This document shows, piece after piece, positions 20,785 through 32,693 of a stretch of DNA of 64,000 nt. The stretch is from Halocafeteria seosinensis (lineage: Eukaryota). The number at the start of each line of letters is the position of its first letter. The stretch's first letter is position 1. Made by a program: the position numbers and the translations under genes. The stretch is taken from NCBI GenBank assembly GCA_001687465.1, contig LVLI01000176.1:1-64000 (forward strand), given 5' to 3'. Under the pieces are notes generated by a model. The model searched no databases. It saw only the letters and a list, made by a program, of their open reading frames with translations, and was not told where the DNA came from.

Positions 20785-23700
20785 TCATCCGTGTCTTCTA
20801 CGCCGTGTGCTAGCCGATGACACTTTTTCTGGAGAACACCGAGCATGAACAGAATCGGTTTGGTTCCGACTGAATTGATTGAACAGTCTCCACGCATCGT
20901 CTACAGCAGCTCGAGCCTCCACTGTTTTCCTTGACGACTGAGGGATAGCTGCAAAAGTGCCAGCACTGCTGCTTGCCGGAGATGCTTTCGTAGGACACAA
21001 GTCAGATTGTGCATTTATGCACTTGCTGACTGAGTATTGTAGGCCACGATACTGACTTTCTTTAACGGTATGGTAAGCCCATGCATCCAGGCGTTTGAGA
21101 AGTACGCTCGAATCAGATTGCCCTCGCTCTAGGGCGGTTATCTCCTGTTCTAACTGAGCGATCGAGTTTCTTATAGCATCAAAGCGGTTCTCGGCAAAAT
21201 CTGAAGGTATAGTTTTTTGGTCTGTATTAGCGGCAGGAGGATCATCTGAGGGAGCTTCAGTAGGAAAGTGATCGCTATCTTCATCCGATTCAAATGGAAT
21301 TTCTTCCACACATGCTTCTAGGGACGGCTCATCGGCGGAATATGTGTGCTGGCTGACCATTTTTTGCCGGGCATTCGAATAAGAGGTATGCCATGCTACA
21401 CGTTGGTGTTTCTTGGGAGATAACCGTTGATGTTCTTCTACCTTCCGTCGCAAGAACCCTAATTCTTCCATCATTGCAGACTTCGCTTTTTCCCCCTGTT
21501 CAGGATCATTGTGGGGTATGTACTGTTCGAGAAGCTTCGTCAGATAATCCAAATATTTTCTTAGCATCCTAGGCTTTTTTCCACGAGTTTTATATTTACC
21601 ATATGCTATCGTGTAGCTCTGCTCCACTGGTACTCCAGTTTCGCGGTTCGACCCATCTGTAGAGGCCCTAGGGGTGCTACAAGGACCAAGTGGTTGCCTC
21701 AAGCTCAGGCTGCGAGAAAAAGTTCTTCTTTCCATACTGCCACCTTTCTGGTCAAGAGTCAAGAGCTTTTTCGGCTTAATTGGTTGCCGTGGAACTCGAT
21801 CCTTTTTGGACTGCTGGAATTTCAGGTAACTGCTATGATCATCGTTCAACATCGCATTGAAAGAATCGGCTTCATCATCCGTTGGGGAGGGACACGTAGC
21901 CTCCATGTGCTCACTAAGCGATTTATCGCGTTGTCTGTAGCTCTCGTCATAATCCGTAAATATCTGGACGGTTTCTATTTGATCCGATTTAGGTTGAACA
22001 GCACCCGAAGTCTCGGTTGCAATGCTATTCGGTACTTTTCGATCCATCGGGGATTCGCCCGTCGTCAACTCAGCTGGATTCGCTTCCCTGGGAGGCGCAC
22101 TTGACCAACTAGACGAGGGCTCTATTCTTACCTGTGGACCTTGTTCGTGCATAAGGGGCATCGCATGCCGGGTGCCTACAAGCTTCGACCCGCATCGGGC
22201 AGCCTGAGCCACCGAGTTCATTCCGGATTCAATGAGGGACGACAGCTGGTTTTGGTTGTTATAAAACCTCCGAGCTAAGCCTTCATAGTGAGGTACCTCT
22301 GACACATCCCCCGAAGTAGGGACAGAGGCGGATTCAGGAAGCGGCAAATCTCCTAACACAAGTTCATGTAGATTTTCATCATCACTCATGACAGAGGACG
22401 TATTCATCAAGGCGTTTCGGAACATGTAGAATTCTGATCGAGTGCTCGGTCTATATCCATCATCGTGGGCAGGCAAAACTTGTGGTACATCCGTCTCATG
22501 TTCGTGTAGAACGGCATCATCACTATCAGGTATGCTCGCAGTACTTTGAAATGAAGGTACATGCTGTACGCTCTCAAATGCTTCCTCCGGGCTTATGGAA
22601 CTGCTGGTCACTACCCGTGTTAACTCGTTCGTCGTTTCGCTTCTAGTTGCAAATGAGTGTGCGTGCTCAGGTATACCGTGTAGCGAGGCGTGGATCCATC
22701 GGCAAAGTAGAGGTTCATCGAAATACGTTCCGTTGGGAACAACGTGACTGTGAAGATATCCGTGAAAAACGGAATGCAGTTCCGTGAGTATTGACAGCAA
22801 GGAACAATCTCCTGAACCACTGGCCCTTCGAATGACGTTCGTCAACTGGGTCTCCAAATATGACAGATACCCGCTTGTGGAGTAGACTCCACTCTGGGAA
22901 CACCAAACCAACCTGGAAATAGCTTCTTCCACGTTTAGCCAAAACCTGTGGCCGTATGCATGTCTAAGCTGCCGTTCTAACTGTCTAAGACGCTTTGTAT
23001 TATGCGGTCGCAAGGCGTTGATGCTCTCACTGGCACCATATACACCAAAAACGACCAGGAGATCAAATGAAGCAATCGATGACATCGATACGGCCTGAGC
23101 AATTAGATCGACAATTATGGCTACCGCCGAATGCGGCAGGGTGTACTCTTCAAAAAATGCAAAGCGAGGTGCTGCCCCATTTTGACACAAGTCCTTTTGA
23201 AAGTTGACCCCATACTGTAAGTATCCAAGAACATCCCATGCAACGCATTGGAACAGTGAATCAAACGCCTCCCTCAGCAAGGCATTGATCTTAGGGATAT
23301 AACCTGATGTTCCCAGTTCCATTCTTGAGGCGCAGTATTGCTTCATCAAAACCATGGCACCTGCAATGTTAAGGGGGCACTGGTCAAGCATTGTAACATC
23401 CCAAAGTAGAGACAGAATATTGATGCAATCATAATAAGTCTGCTTATACATGCGAGCCAGGAATATCACTGCATGAAGTCCCCGTTCCGAAGCTGCTCTC
23501 AGGTCTTTAATTATGTGCTCTTTAGTTTCATACCTCGTCAAACATTCCAGAGAAGCATGAACGTCATCATGCAAAATGTGAGAGCCATCGTCCTCACTAC
23601 TCTTCGGTTTCTCTGTTACCGCATGGCGAGGGAGCCGCGATATTACGCTAGATAGCTGCTTGGACTGATGTCTCGAAACTCGACGGAGGCTTAAACTATC

Positions 23701-26700
23701 TCGAAAGTGTTTGCATATCTCTTGAAGTAGTGCATGTACATCACTCAATGCGGACTGCCTACTCATTGTCATTTGGTTGGTTCCGCGAGAGTAGATCCAG
23801 TGAATATTAAGTTGCAAGGCACGAAACCCCTCAGCAACTAAGTTATCAGAGCTTTGATATGGTTTGATGAGCATAGGCTTCTCCATTCTACATTTTCTGT
23901 CGAACAGAATCGTATCTAGCAAGCATCTTCGTTTCAGATCAAGTACCACTCGCTCCGGCAAAACATCATTTGTGTCGTTAAGTATACTTCCTAGAAAAGC
24001 GCTAGATTTACTCTCCATCAGGAACGACCGGAACAGTTCGTGAAGTGTTCGCAGTAAAACTGACTCTTTAGCGAATGCTAGAAGTTTCCTACGTGCACTG
24101 ATTTCCGGTTTGGACATGATGGAGAATGCTGCTACAACTGAAGACAATGTGTATTCTCCCGCTTCTGCGTAGAACCGTGTAGCGAGTTCCGCTACTCCAG
24201 AAGGGAGAAGTTCCGCCGATATTACGGAAGTATACTGTTTAATGTCGCTTCCTTCGTAAATGTTCAGGAATGATGCTAAAGATGAGGGATGGGGAAGCAC
24301 AAACCCATTTTCGGAAGCTGCAGGGCCCAGATCTCCCGGCACATCCTGCAATAGACCAATGGGACTGACAGAAACAAAGCAGTTTTCTTTCCGCAAACTA
24401 GCGACTTCTACTAAGCCTCTCAGCAGATGACGATATCCGCCAATGAGCAAGTACTGGCCAATAATTTTGCAGGTCAGTTTACTTGCTTCAACTCTTAGAT
24501 TTTGAGCAGGGTCATCAAATGGAGTAGCCGCGAAGTCTCGAAGATAGGCTACTGCCGTACTGGCTATTCGGAGCGTCTCGCTTATCCTTCCATTGATGAG
24601 CGAACATACCGCTGCCATAGGGTAGCAAATAATACCACCACTGCAGAACGTACTAAAAGCCATTTGAAACTTATTTTTAGCGTACAGCTTAAGAGCTTCT
24701 CTTATGCGCCCCATTGTACCAAGGGAAGACGGTGGTGCTTCATTTTGCGATTCAGAAAGCTGGTTTCTCGCGTTCGATGCTATGCACGACGCAATCCCCG
24801 CTAAGTGCTCACTTGTTTTGTTATCTTCTACAGAAATAGTTCTTGCGGCCTTAACCACTAGCAATGATAGATGGATCCAATCTCTTTGAAACGCCTGCGG
24901 GAATACTAGAACAGCTATGTCCTCCCATTGTAGTTCTCGACACGCGCGGAAAAAATGATTTCGTGAATGTGACAGCTCTTCTGTTGAGACAGATACTAAT
25001 TCCAGCATCCGCAGAGCACCAACGGCCGTGGAAATCACGAGCTCCAGTCGATATTGAAGACTTGGCTTAGCGTACACATGGTCCTCCGAATACTGATACT
25101 GCTGACACAGCTTCAAACCAAACTCGACGAGATCATTGATAAACTGTTTCACGAACGTGCGAGTAACCCATTGGTTGTTTCCAATGCCGCTGTTACGCCA
25201 TGGAGCAGATCGCCGCTTCAAATACCGACCAAAATCGGATGCGACACGTGATAGAGCATCCTGCAGCCAGACGCTTACACGACCCTCTCTTCTGTTTCCC
25301 GAAGAAGCTAGATTTACAACCTTAGACACTGCCTTAGTGATGGAGCTCATAACAGAACGTAGCTCTTGGCGCAGTAAAGCAGATTCCTCCTCATGACTAG
25401 TTAACCCTCGGTGGCCAGTGTTAAGGCAAAACCCGAGACAACTGATAGCACGAAGAAGACAGTCTACTGCTTTCAGAGATGATTCATTGACTTGTTCGAA
25501 GCGCAGTGAGTGACATTCCATGGATTCAGAAGGGAGCATCAACGGAATGGAGGCCGAATACCATTGGCTCGGGGATTGCGATACTAAGCTCGTGTACCAT
25601 GGCTCAACAAAGAGACAACCACTACTTGGCGTAAAATAGCGGCAGGCATGTGGCAGCAGCTGACGGAGAGCAGTCATACTGGCTTCTCTAGTCACTCGAT
25701 GTTTTGCTCTAGTTGCCTTAGGAAAACCGCACAATAGCGATTCTAAGCACCCAGTCGTCGAATCATGCGTTATGAAGATATATGAGCTAGAGCTGAATCC
25801 ACTATACATAAACTGTCGATATGCCACTGGCACCGTCGGCCGCAAGAGGCATAGTGCTATCTGCAATCCAGCAGAAGAAAACAAAGCTCGGGAGCCATCC
25901 TCAAACATTAAGACCACTACACTGCCACGGCTATGTAAGACTAGCTGGCGACAACCACATTGCAATTCAGGATAATAGTTCGCTAATGGTATTGTGAAGC
26001 ACAGCGAGGAAGTCAAATGCCAAAGAATCAAGAGTGGCTGTCTTGATCGTTGATCATGGCCGCTCCAAGCGTGTACTCCACATGCCAACGAGGAAGAAGA
26101 CCCGCAAACATTAAATGCAACACCAGGAAATCGATGAGTGATTGACTGAAGCCAACAACATTCAACATGCTGATTTTCATCTATGGAAAGTTGCATGTGG
26201 GCACTCATCGTACAAGCGTACGCCTCTTCCTGCTGCCACAGCCAGACAACAGCAGCATGTGTCTCGAAGTCCTGATCTTCTTCGCTTTTGTCAAAACTTG
26301 CCGCAATGCATGTATACTGCATGGATTCCGAACCATCGTACGAGTCAGTAACAGGGGCTTGCACTCTGGTCCAACGCGCTATCAGATGTCGTTGATGAGT
26401 CTTACTTTCGGACAGATGGGCCATCCAGCATTCTTGTCCATCGAAAACCAAGAGCCACTCAATGTTGCTAGTGACATCAAATCTGACACCTAAATCAGAC
26501 ATCTCTTGAATTTCTCCACGCGCTAACATGGAGTACTGCCGACGAACTTTAGTCCGAATTTTTGAATTCCTGGGAAGTTTGCACAACCAGGTGAGACCCG
26601 TAGCCACCTCACGCAGGTACACATACTTGGGTCCTTTAAGAGAGATAATCACATGGTCAAACAAGAACGAGGAAGTAACAAGACGATCGGTCTGGTATGG

Positions 26701-26982
26701 CCAATGGCTCTGTTCTTGAAAAGGGAGGTCTTTCGTCACCACTGTCCTTGTCTCATTGAAGATGATATAGTGTCGCTCCGTCTCGTACTGCTCATTTTCC
26801 GGTTCTTCCCCTTGTTTCTGTCGCTGGATGAATGTGTCGGCGGAAGGCACTTTAGGAGCTTCGAACGAGCGTACGCGAATATCTTCATAATCGAGACTGG
26901 CAGAGTCAGGGCCACTTAATTCCTCCTGAGTATGGACAGGAGCGACCGTTGTCTCTGAGCACAATGAGTAAGCCTGCAGCAT
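20785..26982 (-). CDS. Very large hypothetical protein (beta-rich N-terminus, helical middle, disordered C-terminus)
   Basis: Uninterrupted 2065-codon frame. Upstream exons cannot be excluded. No family recognised. Confidence 0.75.
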   Translation of the reverse strand: MLQAYSLCSETTVAPVHTQEELSGPDSASLDYEDIRVRSFEAPKVPSADTFIQRQKQGEEPENEQYETERHYIIFNETRTVVTKDLPFQEQSHWPYQTDRLVTSSFLFDHVIISLKGPKYVYLREVATGLTWLCKLPRNSKIRTKVRRQYSMLARGEIQEMSDLGVRFDVTSNIEWLLVFDGQECWMAHLSESKTHQRHLIARWTRVQAPVTDSYDGSESMQYTCIAASFDKSEEDQDFETHAAVVWLWQQEEAYACTMSAHMQLSIDENQHVECCWLQSITHRFPGVAFNVCGSSSSLACGVHAWSGHDQRSRQPLLILWHLTSSLCFTIPLANYYPELQCGCRQLVLHSRGSVVVLMFEDGSRALFSSAGLQIALCLLRPTVPVAYRQFMYSGFSSSSYIFITHDSTTGCLESLLCGFPKATRAKHRVTREASMTALRQLLPHACRYFTPSSGCLFVEPWYTSLVSQSPSQWYSASIPLMLPSESMECHSLRFEQVNESSLKAVDCLLRAISCLGFCLNTGHRGLTSHEEESALLRQELRSVMSSITKAVSKVVNLASSGNRREGRVSVWLQDALSRVASDFGRYLKRRSAPWRNSGIGNNQWVTRTFVKQFINDLVEFGLKLCQQYQYSEDHVYAKPSLQYRLELVISTAVGALRMLELVSVSTEELSHSRNHFFRACRELQWEDIAVLVFPQAFQRDWIHLSLLVVKAARTISVEDNKTSEHLAGIASCIASNARNQLSESQNEAPPSSLGTMGRIREALKLYAKNKFQMAFSTFCSGGIICYPMAAVCSLINGRISETLRIASTAVAYLRDFAATPFDDPAQNLRVEASKLTCKIIGQYLLIGGYRHLLRGLVEVASLRKENCFVSVSPIGLLQDVPGDLGPAASENGFVLPHPSSLASFLNIYEGSDIKQYTSVISAELLPSGVAELATRFYAEAGEYTLSSVVAAFSIMSKPEISARRKLLAFAKESVLLRTLHELFRSFLMESKSSAFLGSILNDTNDVLPERVVLDLKRRCLLDTILFDRKCRMEKPMLIKPYQSSDNLVAEGFRALQLNIHWIYSRGTNQMTMSRQSALSDVHALLQEICKHFRDSLSLRRVSRHQSKQLSSVISRLPRHAVTEKPKSSEDDGSHILHDDVHASLECLTRYETKEHIIKDLRAASERGLHAVIFLARMYKQTYYDCINILSLLWDVTMLDQCPLNIAGAMVLMKQYCASRMELGTSGYIPKINALLREAFDSLFQCVAWDVLGYLQYGVNFQKDLCQNGAAPRFAFFEEYTLPHSAVAIIVDLIAQAVSMSSIASFDLLVVFGVYGASESINALRPHNTKRLRQLERQLRHAYGHRFWLNVEEAISRLVWCSQSGVYSTSGYLSYLETQLTNVIRRASGSGDCSLLSILTELHSVFHGYLHSHVVPNGTYFDEPLLCRWIHASLHGIPEHAHSFATRSETTNELTRVVTSSSISPEEAFESVQHVPSFQSTASIPDSDDAVLHEHETDVPQVLPAHDDGYRPSTRSEFYMFRNALMNTSSVMSDDENLHELVLGDLPLPESASVPTSGDVSEVPHYEGLARRFYNNQNQLSSLIESGMNSVAQAARCGSKLVGTRHAMPLMHEQGPQVRIEPSSSWSSAPPREANPAELTTGESPMDRKVPNSIATETSGAVQPKSDQIETVQIFTDYDESYRQRDKSLSEHMEATCPSPTDDEADSFNAMLNDDHSSYLKFQQSKKDRVPRQPIKPKKLLTLDQKGGSMERRTFSRSLSLRQPLGPCSTPRASTDGSNRETGVPVEQSYTIAYGKYKTRGKKPRMLRKYLDYLTKLLEQYIPHNDPEQGEKAKSAMMEELGFLRRKVEEHQRLSPKKHQRVAWHTSYSNARQKMVSQHTYSADEPSLEACVEEIPFESDEDSDHFPTEAPSDDPPAANTDQKTIPSDFAENRFDAIRNSIAQLEQEITALERGQSDSSVLLKRLDAWAYHTVKESQYRGLQYSVSKCINAQSDLCPTKASPASSSAGTFAAIPQSSRKTVEARAAVDDAWRLFNQFSRNQTDSVHARCSPEKVSSASTRRRRHG

Positions 26983-27529
26983 TTCATTCTCATTCCCTTA
27001 GCCAACTACCTGCAGAGAGCTACCAACACCACCTTTATCCGCGAAGAAACAGAGCACATTTTGACCTGTGTATATCAACCCTGGATTCCACGCACAGTAT
27101 GTGTCTTGCAGCTGCGTTTTTTTGAAATGTGAAGGTCAGATAGCGACGTCAACGTCGTCAAGGCCAGGCCATTCAATTGCCCCGGGAAGACCGCCTGTCA
27201 AGAGTTGCACGAGTGGTGTTGTAGCCAAGGAGGATTGGATTCTGCTGTGGGCTGTATAAAAAGAGTAACGAGCACTTGTTGTCGCGGGTGCCATATTTTT
27301 TGAGGATTCACGTGGATAATTGATTACTTAGGCACACAGACAACAAACAAAACAACACACCACTCCCTTCAGTTAGTTTTCGCCGCGTCCTTTCAACGAG
27401 TAAAGAGGCCCTCTTTGCCGTCATTGGTCTATCCTGTGGGCGGTGCTCTACACCACGGGAATTCAGCTTGGGATATTCTTCAGTCATACAAGTGGAGTTG
27501 CGCAAGTGGGGACGACCGCAAACCGGTAT

Positions 27530-27551
27530 ACACACACACACACACACACAC
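27530..27551. repeat. (AC)11 microsatellite
   Basis: Directly visible, in the divergent intergenic region. Confidence 0.95.
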
Positions 27552-27623
27552 GATAAGCCTCCCGCTTACTTTCTGCAGTGAAATACATGGCTCTACAGTT
27601 CGACAAAAAGAGAGTAAAGAAAA

Positions 27624-30600
27624 ATGGCAGACACTGAAAAGACAATTGAGCAAGAAATGGACGAGGAACTCAACCGTGTTCCGGCTACGACCGGATGGCT
27701 TGGGAAGAAAGCCGTCCGAACCGCCACTGTAAGTGCAACAGGTGGGAGCCCTGATAGAGGAAGCGTTTTATGTTTGCCGACTATTGTATGCTTCTTGCTC
27801 TCAGAAAATGAAATGGAAAGATCGGTATTTTCAGCTCAGCCCTAAAGCACGAAAACTCGAATACATGAAGCAGGCTGGTGGAAAGCCTATTTTAACATTC
27901 AAGATCGACAAGAACACGAAAGTACGATTGGCTAACAAGTACAAACCAAATGAAATGGAGGGTATGTGTTCCTGCTGCTACGGACTAATCGTGTTGCATT
28001 GCGAATATTTGACTGTGTATCTTTCAGTGGTCTTTGATGCTCACACGCTATACGCTCACAGCATCGATGAAAACAACCCTGAAGAAGATATCCGGACTTG
28101 GGTGAACCGGATCCAACAAATAATTGACTCGCAAGATCCACTTAAATTGGGAGAAAAGAGACTGGAGAGAAAAAAAGAAAAAGAAAGACAAGAAGAAGAA
28201 GAACGGCTTAGCAAAATGGGCAAACTACCTGTCGAGAATCAAGAAGGGTCAGAGCAAGCGTCTGCAAGTCGGGATTTGTCTGCGATTGATCCTTCGGAGC
28301 CAGATCCTAGTGAACGGGTTATGCCAGGGAGGAGGCGGATGGTTCAGCAAAGAGCTCCACCTGCTCCTCCCCGCCCGTCAACACAACCTCCGAAAGGTCA
28401 GCCGGGAGTTGAAGCAATGGAAGGAGAAAGCACGGATTTGGTGTCACGCATTATTAGCGTTGTTAAAAGTGCACAACGTAGGTTCGCATCGACGGTTTCA
28501 TGCTCTTTGTTGATTATTCCTCATGATATCCAACGCTACAGAGCATATTGGAAAATGTTACACATGGGGTTCCAACTGGCACGGGAAACTAGGTATAGGA
28601 GATGCGACTGCGACAGAGAAATCGCTTCCCACTGTAGTACACGCACTAATACAATCACATCTCCCGGAGTGGGTAGCGGCTGGAGGTGACCATTGTCTGA
28701 CTATAACCGAGCAAGGCTTGGTATTCGCCTGGGGGGATAACAAGGTATGTGTGTATATTTGATTGCACGAACTGTTTCACGTTTGCACACATTCGTTTCA
28801 TAACGCTGGACACAGTATAAGCAACTTGGTACTGGAGATAGCTCGAAGCAAGCGGTATACAAGTCTCTTCGTCCGGTGCTAGTTACCGGCTTAAGAAAGA
28901 AACCGGTGGCTCAAGTTGCATGCGGAAACGCTCATTGCATGGCCTTAACGTACGGGGGCGATTTATTTGCTTGGGTAAGTATCTAACAGTCTAGGAACCG
29001 GAAGGTGTTGCGAGTCTTCTTCACCTAGTACTTTTCCTTTCAGGGAGATGGAAGCTCGGGAGCACTGGGTATCGGGGAACTGGACGAGAAACGCTACTCT
29101 GTGGGTACCCCAACTAAGGTTAAGGTATGCCTCTGGTTGTCAATTAAATACAGTATCGTAAAGGAAACAAATCGTTGTCTTTGAGACTGAACAGAAAATT
29201 GGAAGAGGGACTGAGCTCGGGGTGGAACTTATACGTGCTGGGAGCTTGTCCTCTGGGGCAATTACTTCTGATGGTGACTGTTATGTTTGGGGAAGGTGCG
29301 TCGAGCCTAGCCTACCTTAATTTTACCGAACAGTATTGTTCACGTTTCTGAGGCATATTGACGCTGCAGCAACGTAACTGGGCAACTTGGGACAGGTAAG
29401 TTCTTTAGAGTGTCCTTTGCCTCCAGAAATTCCTGTCATCACTCGTGGTGAGCGAAACAGGACTTGACACTGTTGGACTCAGTATGTGGGAGCCCACAAG
29501 GTCTTTGATTGAGCTAGAAGATTACGTTACACCTAACGATCCTAACGATAATCTCGGGATTCTTGACGTAGCGTTTGGTGAAAGGTTCTCTGTGTGGCTT
29601 GTCAACGATGGGTACGCAAGTTATTTCTTTGCAACAATGTTTCGCTTTGACCAGTCCTTCAAGAGTATATATGCAGAGTTTTATTGATTTGCGGTGCGCT
29701 ATCCATGACTAATTCCGATTTCTTCCACAAGCAAAGTGATACAGAATGGATCATCCAAAATTGTGACACTCCGCACTTGACTGAAGATTTACAGATGGAC
29801 GTTCTATTTCGTAAAATATCTGCCGGATCGGATATGGTTGTAGCTATTTCCAAAGAGGTACGATAGACTTCTGTTAACTGTAGCTGAGTCTAATTGTGCC
29901 GAATAAAGAGGATAAATGCGTGATGCAACCAGGGTAACGTGTACTCTGCCGGCCGCGGTTACCTCGGTAACTCCGATTCAAACGAATCCATTTCTTACCC
30001 CGTTCAAAATCAAAAATGCCAGTTCACACTTGGATCAGATGGACGCCGTGTGCCAGCGGACCACAATGGACACCCGATCGACACTTCATATGGAATAAGC
30101 AAGAACTTTGTCCCAGTAATCGGCCTCCCCCCAGAGGAGAAATTTGCTGAGATAGCGGTTGGCAATATCTTTGCAATGTTGAGAACGTGAGTTCCTGTTT
30201 CACATTGTATGCTTCCACAAAACATGTCCTTAACTGTATGCTTGTATGCCCTCATTCATCGGAACAGAGTAGATGGGCGCTTGTACGGCTGGGGTAGCTC
30301 CTCCAAGGGTCAGTTAGGGACCTCCCAGATGGTCGATATACCCCGTCCACGGGAGGTACGGTTCTCTTTTTTCTAAGCTATATATCCGTTCGCTTCTCCA
30401 AAGAGAAATTTGTTGTTTTGTTGCAAGGGCAGATTCGCACTACTGAACTAGACAATATGCATTACACTCAGATTGCGGCTGGAACTAACTGTTGTGTGTC
30501 TATTGCGAAGCCAGGAACAAGCGATACTTTGCGGTATCGTTGGCTTGCTCGTAAATATGCCAAAGTTTGGTTTCAAAGATGCCTTAAGAAAGACCCAGGT

Positions 30601-30895
30601 TTGGTATGTACTGGTTTTGTAGAGCGAACTATCAGGAAAACGTAGCCGATTCTATTTTGCGACTTGCAGGAGTTTGGCCGAAGAGCGGATTACGATGATA
30701 ACAGCGCTGATAGGGCAGAAGAACTTGACTATGTGTTGGATGATTTGACAAAGCAATCCGACGTACAACAGCTGTTTAATGTGAGTTTTCGTCGGAGTAG
30801 TGACTGATATGGTAGTTGTGCTCATTTGATTCATCTTTTGGCTGCAGGATCCTACTGTACAAGATGCCCTGGCGCAGGCTGCCGAAGAAATTTGA
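27624..30895 (+). CDS. PH domain + RCC1-repeat protein, many exons
   Basis: PH: GWLGKKA...KWKDRYFQL...IRTWVNRIQQII. RCC1 repeats: YTWGSNWHGKLGIG, VAAGGDHCL, VACGNAHCMAL, WGDGSSGALG, YGWGSSSKGQLG. Final stop at 30893-30895. Confidence 0.8.
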
Positions 30896-31172
30896 AAACC
30901 ACACGTGCCTCCTAATGCCTCAGAGAAAGCGGTAATTGACCGCCTGGATGTTGTATTTTTGGTGTCGGTCACAAGAGTCTTGTGGCCACGTACTGTGTTG
31001 TGAACCACAGTTCGGAGATACCACACCGCACATTAGAATAGCACAGTTATGTTGTTGTTGTCTAGACGATTTATGCCACAGGGGCAAGCATGAATATATC
31101 ATACATGATTGTGTCTGTACATCTGCACCATCGCATAGAGTAATGAGATAAGGATTCGCCAGGAACGAAGCA

Positions 31173-32415
31173 ATGGAGCGCAGGAAGAATGGCTTTCAGA
31201 GGCCATTAGCTACACAGCAAATTTTAGCAGCGGGAGGACAGTTGATTTTTACGGGAGTATGTGAGGGATAATATCCTTGTCCTCTCCTCGAAAAAAAGAC
31301 AAACATTAATGCTTGTATTGGACATGCAGGTAGGCTATGCCGCCTCCATCTTGGTCCCTGAAGCACATGTACGTGATATCCTCCAGGTGTCGGCACCAAG
31401 CTCAAACAGAGGTATCTCTTTACTCTTTGCAGGGGGTTCCATTTTTGGTAGTGTACGCAGTTTTATCGCTCATAGTATTGGCATGCTGGTTGTATTGCGA
31501 AATCGTGGACCCGGCGGAACCTGTAAGTGCAGCCTTAAGGGAAGTTGGAAGAATGACTTACAATATACCGGCGAGTCTACAGGGAGGGATTAAATGCATT
31601 TGCATGCACCAGACACAAGAAGCTCCACCGCGGTACTGTCGAATTAACAACAAATACATACCAGGGCTGGATCACCACTGTGAATGGTAAGATACTGTGC
31701 CAACCAGTGCCTAGGCCAGTATGCGAACTGCTTTTCAACGAACTGCTGCAGGTTGAATACGGCAGTGGGAACGCGAAACTATTTCTTCTTTTATACGCTT
31801 GCCCTTTGCGGTGAGTTCCTCTTCCTTAAGTGTCAGAAGTTCTAGTTTCACAGTTTTTGGTAGTTGCAGCCACTATACAACATACATTTCATCTTGTGAT
31901 CATTATTCTTTCTCTAACAACTATTGGGACTCAGTCTTCCGATGGGAACGTTGATGTAAGATTATGGTTTCTGAATGAGCGTTTTTATCTAGTGTTTAAC
32001 GGAAGGTTCTGTTCTGCAGGTCCTTCTTGTGATATATGCAGTCGTCCTTCTTCTGCCGGTAGGTGCTTATGGCTCGCTGCTCTGTTTTCACTCGTACTTG
32101 CTTAGTCAAGGCCATGGAACTTTTGATTGGATAATGAAAAGGTATGGATGTGCTCAACATCATGTTTTCAGATACTCATTGATACCGATTGCTCATGTGC
32201 GGTGCAGGGCGGAAGCACGAATACCCGACTCTCAAAGGAGGCAAATGGAGCGGGCTCGGCAGCAAGCACAAGAGAGGAGCTCCAAGTCAAGCGCCGCCAC
32301 ACAATCCGAGGCTGTGGTAGCCATTGAATACGACTCGCATGAATCGCCAAGCGAGGAACAGCACCATTCGTCGACTAACGGACAGAACAATCAAGCGGAG
32401 ACGAGCTCACACTAA
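31173..32415 (+). CDS. DHHC palmitoyltransferase (ZDHHC1/11-like N-terminus), multi-exon
   Basis: N-terminal RKNGFQRP, hydrophobic TM segments, DHHCEW|LNTAVGTRNY and FHSYL...GTFDWI motifs. Confidence 0.85.
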
Positions 32416-32693
32416 GAAGGAACAGTACACTATTAGCGGGTTAGTCATTATCAAGTACTTAAACAGCTTTTTATATTCTTTTTCTCTATGTTTTCTTTGC
32501 CTCCACTGAAGGCAAGCCATTGACGTCAGCCAAAGATGATCACAGGTTGCTATGCGTGAAGTGTCACTGTATAGTGCACTACTATGCGTTTCAATATTTA
32601 GGAACTTAAAGACAAATACAATTAAATAGCGATTAAATCCCCAATGCTAAAGCCGGCTAGTCAGCTGACAGTATTCTCTTCACCGCCAGGAGC

